This document shows, piece after piece, positions 41,484 to 64,000 of a stretch of DNA of 64,000 nt. The DNA lies in the NCBI GenBank assembly GCA_051362555.1, contig CM120642.1:10850001-10914000 (forward strand). Direction: 5' to 3'. The stretch comes from Lingula anatina (taxonomy: Eukaryota > Animalia > Brachiopoda). The notes under the pieces were generated by a model. The model saw only the letters and a list, made by a program, of their open reading frames with translations, was not told the DNA's origin and did no database searches. A program made the translations under genes and the position numbers. How positions within the stretch are numbered: position 1 is the first letter of the stretch; each line of letters opens with the position of its first letter.

Positions 41484-44400
41484 TCTTCACCAATAGATTC
41501 GAAGTTTTTTTTAGATGATATGTCTTAAATCAATCTTTTGGCCAAAAAGGTGCATATTTGGGGAATTCATCTATCATCTACAAAAAAACTACCCACACTT
41601 CTATTTAGCCACATTCATGTCTCATTCATGTCTGTCTTTCTGCCTGTAAGTTTACCTGTGGGGAAGTTGTGTGTCTCTGCAGTGAGTAAGATGTGTCTGG
41701 TTATATCATCTTTGGCTACAAATCTGCTGGGTACACTGGTTTCTTCAGGGTACACAAGGTGCACTGGGAACCCCTTGATGGCACTGTTAACAGCAAAGAA
41801 AAGGTGAACTGTTATGAGAGTACAAACAGTAAATAGTAAGTGCACATATGTCTTCAACAGTTTTAAGTACAGGAACTGACAAAATGTTCCTGATGTATAT
41901 ATAAATATAAATTAATTTTCAATTTGTATAAAAATACATTAAAAAATACCGTTATCCAGCATATATCATAGCATGTTTGTTCATAGATAAACATGCGCAT
42001 CTTAAGTAATCACTTTGACAAAAAATAACTAAATTAAGTTAGCATTACTCAAGCATTATTTTATCTATTCATTTATTTTGTATACAGTAACATATAATAT
42101 GAAATGATGCAAAAAAAAAATAAAAAAACCAAAAAACAAGTAAACAAGTTAAGTACAATATTATTATTGGTTGTGACAGGTGCATTTAAAAAATGAAATC
42201 AAACAATATGAGTCTGCAAAATAAAAAAAAAAAAAATAATAATAATAATAAATGCATTACTGACCTGCTGTTGTCATTAAACTTGATGACATTGTTAGGG
42301 TTGGACTGATCTTGTGTCTTCATAATCATGGAGAACAGAGAGTCAGGACATTCCTGGCCATCAACCACAATTCTGCCCTTGAAGAACCAGTGACGGCAGT
42401 GCTCACTGCAACACAGATTAACATGTAATTACTGGACACTCTGTCTTACAATCAGCTGAACAAATATATCAGACATGAGCCTAGGTTTAAAAAAAAAGCC
42501 TCTGAACAGATTTTTTGCAGATCTACCGGTAGACGAATCTCAGGAACCATCAGAATTTAATTAAAAAACGTTCCGCGTTTCCGCAGAAAAAGCTCATGTC
42601 CGATATATATGGTTTATTTACATTTACCAAAACCATAGAAATAACAATGAAAAGGTTTGTCAGTACCTCTGCAACAAAATAAGGCCAACATTTGTGTGAG
42701 ATAATGAACCAGAAATAGTTTACAAAGCACAAGAAAATGTTGTACTTGTGTCAGAGTGGAAGATTATGACTTATTTTACATTCAATGGTTTAAAAAATCC
42801 AATTATAAAGTAATACAATTCTAAGGCTTATATGTTAACATCTCTATGCTTCTAGTCTAATCTAGTTTACCTGTTTGATTGAGCCAAGTCAAAGCATTCT
42901 ACATTGGTGGGGTTACGTTTTACTTCTTCTTTGAACAATTTAGTATAATAGTCCAGGTCCCAGGCATCAAAGGCAAGACCTGCAGAAACACTACTAACAA
43001 TAGAGTCAATATCTACTATATCATATTGGTCCTACAGAGTTAGATTGACTCAACTTGGCTGGAAACATGACCATAGTCTCTTGCCAAATATCAATAGACT
43101 ATATGCATTAAATCAAAAATTTTAAATAGGCATGCAATGCAGTACTTCATACAGCTAAAAAATTAAAATTTCCTAGAAACTTTTGCTTTTTTTTTTGTTA
43201 ATCACCAATTATACCATATCCCAAACTGTTCACAGATTTTTTATCCATACACTACAGTTTCAAGAACTAAGATTCTTCTTTACGAGTCTCTCTCATAATG
43301 GAGTTGGAGTCAGGTGAAATAAATTGTGACAGTGGAAAATTTAAGAGCTGGTTTATAGAACAAAATTTCCTCAGTCAATGGTTATGGTTAGGGTATACCA
43401 TAGTGATAAGGGAGAATTTCTAATATTTCCATTTTATTAACTATGCACTTTTCTGACAAAAATCAAGGAAAATGTTATCCAACCCATCTGTCCATTCTAG
43501 ACCATTATTGCAATAAAGTGTAACTTTGGGGATTGGTAGACCTTTCATTAAGAATGTGCATGTCCATAATTTTAATACACCTGGCTGTAGGGCTGCATCG
43601 AGGGGGGGGGGGGGGGAATCTACTTTTTAAATAATTTTAAGTTGATACTTTTAAATATCCATGTGTAAAGACAGCTTTCCTTTATTGCTGACATGACATT
43701 AATTTTATTTTCAATTTCTATAATCAAATCACAGGCAATGGCATGGCTATCTAGGGAATGGGGTCCCTGGGAGTAAGCTACTCTTCACAGCCTGGCAAAG
43801 TGCAGAGATATGCAATGGCTACCCACAGACCCCATCTAGTTACTTTCAGTTTTGCTATATAAAATTGCACCATGCAGCGTGTGCCTTGAATAAGAATTTG
43901 TCTCACACAGTGCCCTACCTAAATCTGAATTAACTTTTTCTAATGCTGCTTGGCCTTCTCCAATGACATCCACTTCATATACTGTCTCTGGCTTAACCTG
44001 TGCATTTAATGTAATATTTATGTCATAAATCAATCTTAAAATCATAAGAAATGATGATCAAAGAATTTATTGCAGTTCAGCATCACTAAACGTTTAATGC
44101 GCAAACATAGTTTCAATGATATTGTTCTGCAGGAAAATGTGTTCTTTGTCCTAATTTAATTATGTGCGATTAATAAGTCACGACTATACTACTTAGACAC
44201 AAACATTCACTCTAGATCACCATGCAGAAAAAAAAAATTGAAGAGACATAGGCAAAAAAGTAAGGAAAGCAATCAAAACAAATTCTAGGAAAAAACAATT
44301 AATTATATATTACCTGTAAATCGAAACAGCTGATTGGTGATAAATACCGACACTGTGTCATGGGATCATGAAGTCCTTCCACGAGGGTACTTTCCACATC

Positions 44401-45584
44401 TGCTGTTTTTAAGGGGGTGTCACCACCAGCTTTAGATGTGTCAATTTTGATGTAATATATTGTTGAGTATTCTATACGTGTGATGTCTGCAAGTCCCACC
44501 GAGTGGCACATTGATACAGCATTGGTAGAGAAAGCTGTGGAAAAATTCAGCCTGGAATATTAATAAATTTCCTCTGTGTAATTATCTGGAAATATGTTTG
44601 AAACAAAATGATGTTGAACACAAATGAACAATACTTTTAACTGCTCCAGCTTTGCCAACCACAATAAATGCCATTTTCTTGCATGGTCTTTGAGAGTATA
44701 CCCGATATATTTAAATATTAAATGCCATATATGCTACAGAGGTATACATAGAAATCAAGACCTTATTTCAATGAATATTTCCCATCCTCTGTCTTGAAAA
44801 TACGATGGTTTATATCATCAATTTAATCATTATCTTCATATTGTTCATAGCATATATTATTTGCACATTCTATTGTTGGGTGATGGTCATTGTAAAAATA
44901 AATGCATCAGTACCAAAATAAATCAAGACACAAATAACAAACTTACGTAACACGTACTAGTGCTATATACCAGCCCTACCTAGGTCCTATCTCAATAAGA
45001 AATTCTCCCTCTGTGTCATGGATATCTGGCAGATAGCTCAAGGAGGCCAGCTTATCTTGCTCAAATGGGGTAGACAGTATCCATTCTAACTTTGCTCTGT
45101 CTGCCTTAGTCAAAACTGAAAATAATTAGAAAATATTTTAAACATTATAAACTATTCTGAGTCAACAGCTGAAACTCAAATAGAAAGAATTTTCAATCAG
45201 TTAATAATTGATAAACCTAATAATTTATTTGATATAGTAAACCTCTTAGATAATCAGATAGGCTGTAATTTTTGGAAAAAAATATTCCACATAAAATAAA
45301 TTTTATAAATATTTTAAAAACTTAAATACAAAAGTTTCAATCTGTATCAATAAAATAAATAACAAACCTCTTAATATAAAAAAATAAATAAATAAATCAG
45401 AAAGGTTATTTATTATACAGTGTATATATTCCCTACCCTTTTCATCTACAACTTCCACGTACAGACAAAACTCAGTCTTCACAGAGTCCACTGAGACCGC
45501 TGGCAGTAGAGAGGACACTTTCTTGGTTGCACTGACATCATCGCCGCTCTGGCAGGGAGTACGATAAAATCGCAGGACTGGCAT
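31424..45584 (-). CDS. PFAS: Phosphoribosylformylglycinamidine synthase (FGAM synthase), ~25 coding exons
   Basis: Exons encode [161 protein letters not shown] (catalytic Cys), MMPHPER (His/Glu of the glutaminase triad). Probable 5'UTR exon donor near 45958. Confidence 0.97.
32301..32414. repeat. 60-bp tandem duplication in PFAS intron
   Basis: aactaag(c/t)ctaggcattaaatttcataccccttttacatattattt(c/t)cattcac at 32301 and 32361. Confidence 0.9.
39161..39328. mobile_element. Family B MITE, inverted copy
   Basis: Reverse complement of 18468-18634 (gatccagagatattttctgacag; gaagacccagaaga). Confidence 0.75.
39575..39700 (+). mobile_element. 3' fragment of Helentron/HINE (DINE-1-like) element
   Basis: aaaatttcagcaaaatcggtccataactttttgagttat...gacagacaaacagg..gaaaatataacctccttggcagaggtaa: short microsatellite plus terminal hairpin typical of this class. 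Confidence 0.6.
39747..39801. repeat. (TA)n microsatellite
   Basis: Pure AT dinucleotide run of about 55 bp. Confidence 0.95.
40829..41384 (+). mobile_element. Helentron/HINE-like non-autonomous element with 161-bp internal tandem repeats
   Basis: ctgcgtattatgaatattcatcag starts at 40881, 41042 and 41203 (period 161, ~2.5 copies). Followed by a (GAC/GGC)n microsatellite, the palindrome tgtacagacacatctgtgtctgtaca and taaaaa. Confidence 0.75.
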
Positions 45585-47024
45585 CTGAAATAATGTTTTG
45601 TTTTATACCTGTCCACTAAAACATTGCTGTTTCTTTAAGGCCTGATAGAAATAACATTACGTTATGCGTTATGTTCCAGCAATAAACAGTTAAAACCTGT
45701 GGAAATGACAAAGCAATCATTTCAGGTTCCCTTGTCTTCTATTTTGTGAAAATATCTTGCGTAGCATGTAAGGCCGAAAACTGAGACAAAATAAAGTGGC
45801 TTTCACGGGTAACGTAAGTACCCAATGCGACCCTCTTTAATTTACTAAACAGACGCACTCGGTGACCTTAGTCGCCGGGTCCTATGTCGGCTACAAAATT
45901 ATAAACAAACTTTAAAAAGATAGTCGGTTAAGGTTCTTAGTGCTTAAATGGCACCTTACCTTGTTGAAAAAATCGCAGCTTTCAAGTATATGTTTTGATT
46001 TGCGCAGTACATATATCACGCTATGAAAACAAATCAGTCCGAACGCACGTGTTCCGGTTTAGTACGCATGTGCATTGATAACAAGTAACAAGGGCCGGGG
46101 GGGGGGGGGGGGGGTATCGTGTGTGTGTGTGTGTGGAGGGGAGGGATGACTGCCCATCATTCTGGCCTAGGCCCTATATTATAGACAAGCGTGAAATGGT
46201 TGGGAATATATCAAACTCTGGTATTATAATAATAATAATAATAAATGTTTACGTTTTTTGTGTCATCTTTTATAATTTTTTTATGTATTTTTATTTATTA
46301 TTTATGCTCTCATTGCGAATAAATAGATCATTTAAATTTTCCATTTCACAACATAACGCAATTCTTTGCAATTTTCAAATTTATACCATTGAGATAAATA
46401 TCAAAAAGAGGATCAGTTAAAGAAATCGGAAAATGAGGAAACTAAAAAAAATAAATAATAGGCCTAATAATAATAATAATAATAGGGCCTAATAAAAAAT
46501 AATAATAATTAAATTAAAAAAAAAAGTTAGAGCTTAATTGCTTCAAAATTACCAGGCAGGCATATAAGTTAAACTGATACAGCGTTAGACTGAGCGATAT
46601 GACAAATACCTTTCTAGACTATTCAGAAGTATATCGAGTGTGGCTCTGAAAACTTCACAAACTATAATAAACTGATGAAGAAAATTTGAAAAATTTGTAA
46701 CAGACTACTAGCGACTACTACTGCAGTCAGAGTGTAACTTTACACTAAGTCCGCTGCACTTACAGTACTTCACCTGAAGTTGTGGAATAGGAGTTTATAA
46801 CTCAAATCTGTAAAATATTAATGCGTGATCATATTTTTCTAAATCTTAATCATTTATCTTAATTACTTTTGTAATTAGTGGTCGGGGTAAAGACCCCCAA
46901 CAAAATTTTCAAGACAGAAATAAAGAAATATTCTCTCACTTTAAAAAGTTAAAATTTAATCAGTGACAAAGGTGTAGGCCTAATATTATACAACACAGCA
47001 CGAAACCCACTTTCGAGTTGCACA

Positions 47025-48322
47025 TTACAGTTCCAGTGTGTAACCAAAGAAGCTCGCATCTTCTTTGTAAATTTTCCATACTTTTTCCACCAGTTTTCTG
47101 TCAATACTGTTGTAATATGTATATATAAGAGACTGATTGGGGTTATTACTCGTTGTAAAATGTGAAAACGGAAATTGTGGTACGATGTCTTCAACACCAA
47201 GCAATCGTATTACATTCATGGCGTCAGTGTCAAGGTCTTCATGATGGACGATAACATCGTACATTACATGGCATGGCAAACAGAAGTCTTGGACCAATGC
47301 CCAGTGGCTATTTGTTGCTTTCTTATCCACTATAAACCGAAGAAAATCTGCGAACCCGATTTTATGTTCAATTTGTTTTGGGTAATGTTTGTTCAGATAC
47401 AGTTTTATTTGTGGACCTAGCAGACCCAGCACTTGATCCTTGTACGCTGATATAATCCTTTCCATTGGGTGACGCACGACCAGAACTTTGAGATACGTCG
47501 CTAATCTCTTCTTGATGTTAATATCATCGTAAGAATCCAGTCGGGTATACGCGAAACCATCTGGTCGACGATTGAAAATATCTTGTTCACCAGATATATT
47601 AAGATGTCCAGAGATAACCTGATACACAAGTCGCCAGTTGCGACTGGCTGCTTTGAACAGTGGACATAAAATAAACTTGTTACGATCATCTACAAGAATC
47701 CATCTTCTACGTTCAAGACGACCTGAGGGTGCCTTTTTGAGACTGCCGCATCTGTCTTGCATCATGTGGTTCCTTTTGTTTATGATGGACACCCATTCTC
47801 CCGAAACATTTTGCCAGTTAAAGTTCTGAAAAAAGATCAAAGAGAGTGCCATTTCAGCCATTTCTTTGTCAGCACGAGAGACCTATGCCAACATGTATAG
47901 ATTATTTGAATTTCAAAACACATCAAATGGAAGATGACATTAAAAATTGAAAAAAGGCACAGTTAAAACATTTAAAGACAGCCGGAATAACTACGTATGT
48001 ACACATATGTAGGCAGTGTAAATATTTTTTTATTTTTAAAACCCGCTGGTCAGGTCAATGTAATATTACCACTTTACTAAGAGTTCATGTTTATTGAGTT
48101 ATATTTCTATCGACAATAAAGAATTGCCAATTAATTAGACTCTCAGTGACAGACATCTCCGTACAAACAATATACCATATCAATTAAAGGGGTAACAGCT
48201 CATCATTTTAGTGCCAAAGTGCCATAAAACAGATTTTCTTGGGGTTAATGTCGATGTTCCCATAAGTACCAATGGTTTATGAATCCGTTCCGAAATTGAA
48301 TGTTAGTCGATTGTTTTTTTTC

Positions 48323-48365
<43 letters not shown>

Positions 48366-49536
48366 GTAATAGTCCTTTGAAAGATTACTACGGCGGGTAG
48401 CCATATATGAAGATCCACGTGGTCAAAGGGCAAGCACAGATTTCAGAATAATCGAGATAAGCGCCGTTTTTGGTGGTAAAATGGAATTTATTTTATTTCT
48501 GATGTTTAAAATGTATTTATTGTCGAACTTTGAATCTCATATTAATAGAGTTGTTATCCCTTTAAATATTATAGAAATACCTCCCATATCCGTTGACCTA
48601 TGGTATCACGCTCTGCATGTGGAATATATGGACTACTGGTATGGTTTAGTGAATTTCCATGTTTTGCTGAAATAAAAGTACCCGCACGTGTATACAGATC
48701 AGTCGTAATAGTAGCATTTATCAATTACCATCGTAGCTTTTAATTTTCAAACATGGATATTCTTTAAATTAATAAGGCAGCAAAGGTGTCAAATGTACAT
48801 ATATAAAGCAGAGAATAATGATGACGACACAGGATATTTTGTCAATTTTGATGCAATAGGGGCCTATTACATAAGGCCCAAAAGAAGCATTGTGCTTGTC
48901 GCCAGGTCAAGTTACTATAGTTCGTCAACATATAGAATTTGCAAACCAGATCTGTTCTCCTTAATTAAAGAAACATGTAATAGCCACTGACAACGTGTAA
49001 CGTTGAGCAACAAAATTTTACCGGGATTGCGCAAACTGCCAAAACAAGAAAAACTGACAAAAAAAAAAAAAAAAAAAAATCAAATTTCTAGACTTGTCCT
49101 ACGGGAGACTAAATGGTGATGATTGAAATGTACAAACTTTCAAGTGGATACAGCTGTTAGAAAATTAATCAGACTCTACCAGGCTTTACCTAACAAGAGG
49201 GCACCATTCAAAAATAAAACACCTCAATAGGCCTATAGCGAAGAGAGCTGCTTAAATGTGCCTAACATCGTTATACTTCATATATGTAGGTACATGTAGG
49301 TATTATTTTATGGGAATAAGAAGCCTACACTTCTGAAATAAAATCTGAATTGCCCGGTGTTGCGTTCATGAAATCAGTTACTGAATTCACGGAACAATTA
49401 TCTCTGGAACAACAAAAGTAAATGGAAATGCTTTATGTCACATCCGCCCGTCATAATTACCTGTGAATATGATCGTCCACCAGTACAAGATGGCACCACA
49501 TATCGTCAATCCAACAAGTATTCTGGCAGCTTTCAT
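47025..49536 (-). CDS. Carbohydrate sulfotransferase (Sulfotransfer_2, CHST11/HNK-1ST-like), 3 coding exons
   Basis: Exon 49536-49461 (signal anchor MKAARILVGLTICGAILYWWTIIFT), 32-nt exon 48612-48581 and exon 47825-47025; phases join. 5'-PSB CPLFKAASRNWR, 3'-PB VRHPMERIISAYKD, HW..V...CLPC...YD, YKEDASFFGY. Confidence 0.88.
48324..48362. repeat. (TG)n microsatellite
   Basis: Pure GT dinucleotide run in the sulfotransferase intron. Confidence 0.95.
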
Positions 49537-49906
49537 CAGTTGCGTAAATGTGTTCCTTGCCAGGACAGAAAAGGTAGTCCTGGAAACTGCCACGTTGAAT
49601 AGAAACACTCTCTTCTACAACTTGCACAGATGGCTCTGTAAACATGCAATAAAGCAATTATACCTGCATATTTCAAGTAATATTTAAAGCAAGACTCTTT
49701 TAACTATTAATGGCCTGCATTAAAAGCAATCACTGGAAGACATGTGTGAAAGATAATTTTAAAAAAATTACATTTTTCATTTGAGGTTTAGGCATGATGA
49801 CGAATTTGCCATGAGGCTCTGCTACTGGCCAGTGAATATTTATGCATATAAGGACTAGTTACATCACGAGTCGTCCTCTGTATTCGACACACAGGAGCGT
49901 AATTAT

Positions 49907-50907
49907 AGCTACTCTTACAACCGGTCGTGCGTGCTTCTACGAGCGGTTTGCGTGCAAAAAATTGGCCAAGTAGTAAGATACACGCATGTGGAACGTACTT
50001 TTTTTTTTTGTGGACGCAAACACGACGCAAAGCACGCAGCCCGAAAACTGACCGGCCAGTTTTCGCTACGACCTGTCTGCCTGGAGCACGCTCGTAGCAC
50101 GCAAGACTAAAGTACTGAGTAAGTGCGCTAGGCGTGCGTGTAACGCAGGAAAAGCATGCAGAAATTCCGGGGTATTTTACCACGAAGACGTACTTACCAC
50201 GCAAGAGACTCGTACGTTCAACTTGCTTTCAATGTACGTTTTAACAAAAAGGGGGGGTGAGTGCACTTCCTCCGTGCGTTTATCTTACTTCCAAAGTGCG
50301 TGGCGAGTACTACTACCATACTTGTGAAGTGCGTCACACTAAGACGACGCACGTGCCCAGCACGATAAAAGTGCAGGCGATCTCAAACAACCACTGCAAG
50401 CATTGCGTCGTGATCTTCGGTCTCCTCTAGCATTAGTAGCTGTAGAAGTCGATGGCGCATCCTTCTTGGAAGTGCCATTTTGGAAGCCAAAACAGTGAAT
50501 GATGAAGATACTCGGTGCTCCCTTTATATTATTTATTATATATTATTATTTATTATATTATCCGTGCGTTCCACTTCCGTGCTTATTACGTTTCTCTTAC
50601 GTTTCTCTTACTTCGTAAGTACGATTTCTGAAAACGTACGCTTCACTTGCAATACACGTATGATTATCTCACTCACTGTGTGCGACACAAGTACAGATCG
50701 TACGTGCTCCTTACTTCTTTCTACTTCCAAAAAAGGGCGTACAGACCACTTGCGGGTCCCACGTTTAGAGCACGACACACCTACTTCTAAAGTACTTATT
50801 ACTTCGTCCGCTGCGATGTAATTTTCATCCTGCGACAACGCTACGTCTGACAAGAACTCCGAGGACGCACGATCTCTAAGCACGCACGACGGGTTGTAAG
50901 AGAGGCT
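49907..50907. mobile_element. ~1.0-kb CpG-rich non-autonomous DNA transposon (Harbinger-like), TAT TSD
   Basis: TIRs agctactcttacaaccggtcgtgcgtgctt / aagcacgcacgacgggttgtaagagaggct; TAT flanks both ends (49904-49906, 50908-50910). Confidence 0.8.
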
Positions 50908-50937
50908 TATGTGTATAACGAGGCGCAGCCGCGAAAG

Positions 50938-51182
50938 AATTTGCTCTTGCCTGTCGCATACAGAGGACGCAGAGCAGTTGTAACCGATTTAATCAATTAT
51001 CCCACGTACGACAGACACTTCGAACAATAAGATAATTGCACTTGTATTTCGCTTACAAGCACGCCTGTATTTTCATACACTTCGGCGCGTTCATCCTATT
51101 TGTTGGAAGCGCCAGCCGTGGAATAAGTCAGTTACAGCTACCAGTACTCGTCGTCAACTGTATGCGACATACAAGAGCAAAT
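50938..51182. mobile_element. MITE-like element with inverted termini
   Basis: atttgctcttgcctgtcgcatacag ... ctgtatgcgacatacaagagcaaat; a related motif lies at ~49872-49903. Confidence 0.6.
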
Positions 51183-52500
51183 CATATCGCCTCGATTTAA
51201 TTACTCGATATATACACGTGTGCGCGTGAAGGCATGGGAGCTACGCAATTCCGAGTCTGACAATCAAAATGTAACATAAATTGTCATTCCGAAAGAGACT
51301 GGACTACTGATAAAGATGCTCCATTAATCAATGACGAAAGTAAACAAATCACCAGTGCGTTCCATTCCCAATGAAGTTAAATTTGCAACATACTTTATTC
51401 TCAATTTGAAGCGATAACAAGGTTATCAGCCAGTTTTTCTCTCTCCATCTACATTCACCACCAATGGGTATTAAATGTAATATACAAAATCGTTTTTTAC
51501 AACTATGACCAAATGTATTTAGCAATATAAAAATGAAAAGACAGGCTAATATATAAAACTGCAGCTATTTCTACCTCTATAATTACAGGTAAGACGTGCA
51601 ATTATGGGTTCAACCCAAGAAATAAAATCACGGATGATGCCAAGCAGTTCATCCTTTTAAAATAAAGACGTTCACTCAAGATCACGATATTATCAAAATA
51701 AGAATAGAACAGTGTTCAGAATAATTTCAACAATTAAGTGTTTTTGCCTGAAGTCTATAAAGAAGACAGCTAATTGTAACACCCTTTCTGGGCAATAGAA
51801 CTGATAGTTGTTCCCATGGTGTTGCATACCACAAACATAATCTTTTGTCACGATTGTTTTGCTCATCAGCCAAGGTCCCCAAGTTTGGTGAAAATAACAA
51901 CCTTAATCATCAACACCTTTCGACCTTTTTCAAGAAATAAGCTGATCAAAGAGATTTAGTATCAAATGAACTTTGAATCACAGGGTGTTGACCATGAACT
52001 GGCACCATCAATACTCATTGTTTGTCATTCGCTACTTAAGTGACAAACAGTCAAGAAAATACGTTTGTGCATGAAACTGACCACCTAAATATTATTTTGG
52101 TCCTATTACAAACACAAAGTTACAGAGATGAAAGCTCTAAGAGTTCCAAAGTTTTCTACACAAATACTAAAGACTCTATTAAAACCAGTGTGTTTCATTC
52201 GTATAAAACTGGATTGGACAATCTTTTGTTTTTCACTTTTATTCTAATAAAAGTAATATATCTGCCCATTGGTATTTTATGAAGATACCATCTCCCTAAA
52301 TACATTTTAATTTATATATCTGTGTGTGTGTGTTTAATTGTGTGTGCAGGCATGGGAGCTGCCCAATTCCAATTCTTTGTGACTATCAAAATGTACTATA
52401 AAAGTGTCATTCTGGAAGTCATGGATATGAGAATTTCTTTAAACATGAAAAAGACGGAAATGAGTGACTTGGTGTCAGTAAAACGGAAACTTTAAGACCG

Positions 52501-63866
<11,366 letters not shown>

Positions 63867-64000
63867 CTGTCAGGTAAGACAAATATATAAAGCAAAGAAA
63901 TCAACTATAAGATTATTCTGATAAAGGCATAACTTTAATGTTGTGTAGAAAGTTAGAGTTTAAAAGTTATGATCATAAGCTATAAGATTATAATCCAATC

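Noticed and set aside
46097-46135. Poly-G and (GT)n near the PFAS promoter as a functional G-quadruplex
   Set aside because: Similar homopolymer runs occur elsewhere (e.g. 43602, 179), and nothing indicates a function.
47826-47882. ORF start MAEMALSLIFFQ as the sulfotransferase N-terminus
   Set aside because: It overlaps a strong pyrimidine tract and acceptor (ctctctttgatcttttttcag); the true signal anchor is in upstream exons.
49788-50883. ORFs of 138, 113 and 91 aa as genes
   Set aside because: Lie inside a TIR-bounded element, have no domain motifs, and are explained by higher GC content.

Overview
AT-rich, intron-rich animal genomic DNA, not prokaryotic. An invertebrate, plausibly a lophotrochozoan such as a mollusc, is an inference from gene content, repeat types and patchy CpG depletion. 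Nine spliced protein-coding genes were reconstructed by hand: a flavin-containing monooxygenase (-, 3' part not found in the window), COMMD5 (-) head-to-head with VMA21 (+, one GC-AG intron), AMDHD2/NagA (-) head-to-head with CCDC169 (+), an ankyrin-SOCS-box (ASB17-like) gene (+), PFAS (-), a CHST11-like sulfotransferase (-) and SUPT20H (-, 5' end beyond the window). Several MITE-like and Helentron/HINE-like non-autonomous elements are interspersed. The main finding is a pair of duplicated, equal-length (130 nt) AMDHD2 exons, each encoding the catalytic-Asp 'TDA' loop. Including both or neither would shift the frame, so they look like mutually exclusive exons giving two GlcNAc-6-P deacetylase isoforms. 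Other oddities are an in-frame duplicated FAD-binding motif in FMO exon 1, a head-to-head MITE pair that could form a long hairpin just after the PFAS stop, and two independent tandem duplications of splice acceptors in SUPT20H. All exon coordinates were read manually and may be off by a few bases.
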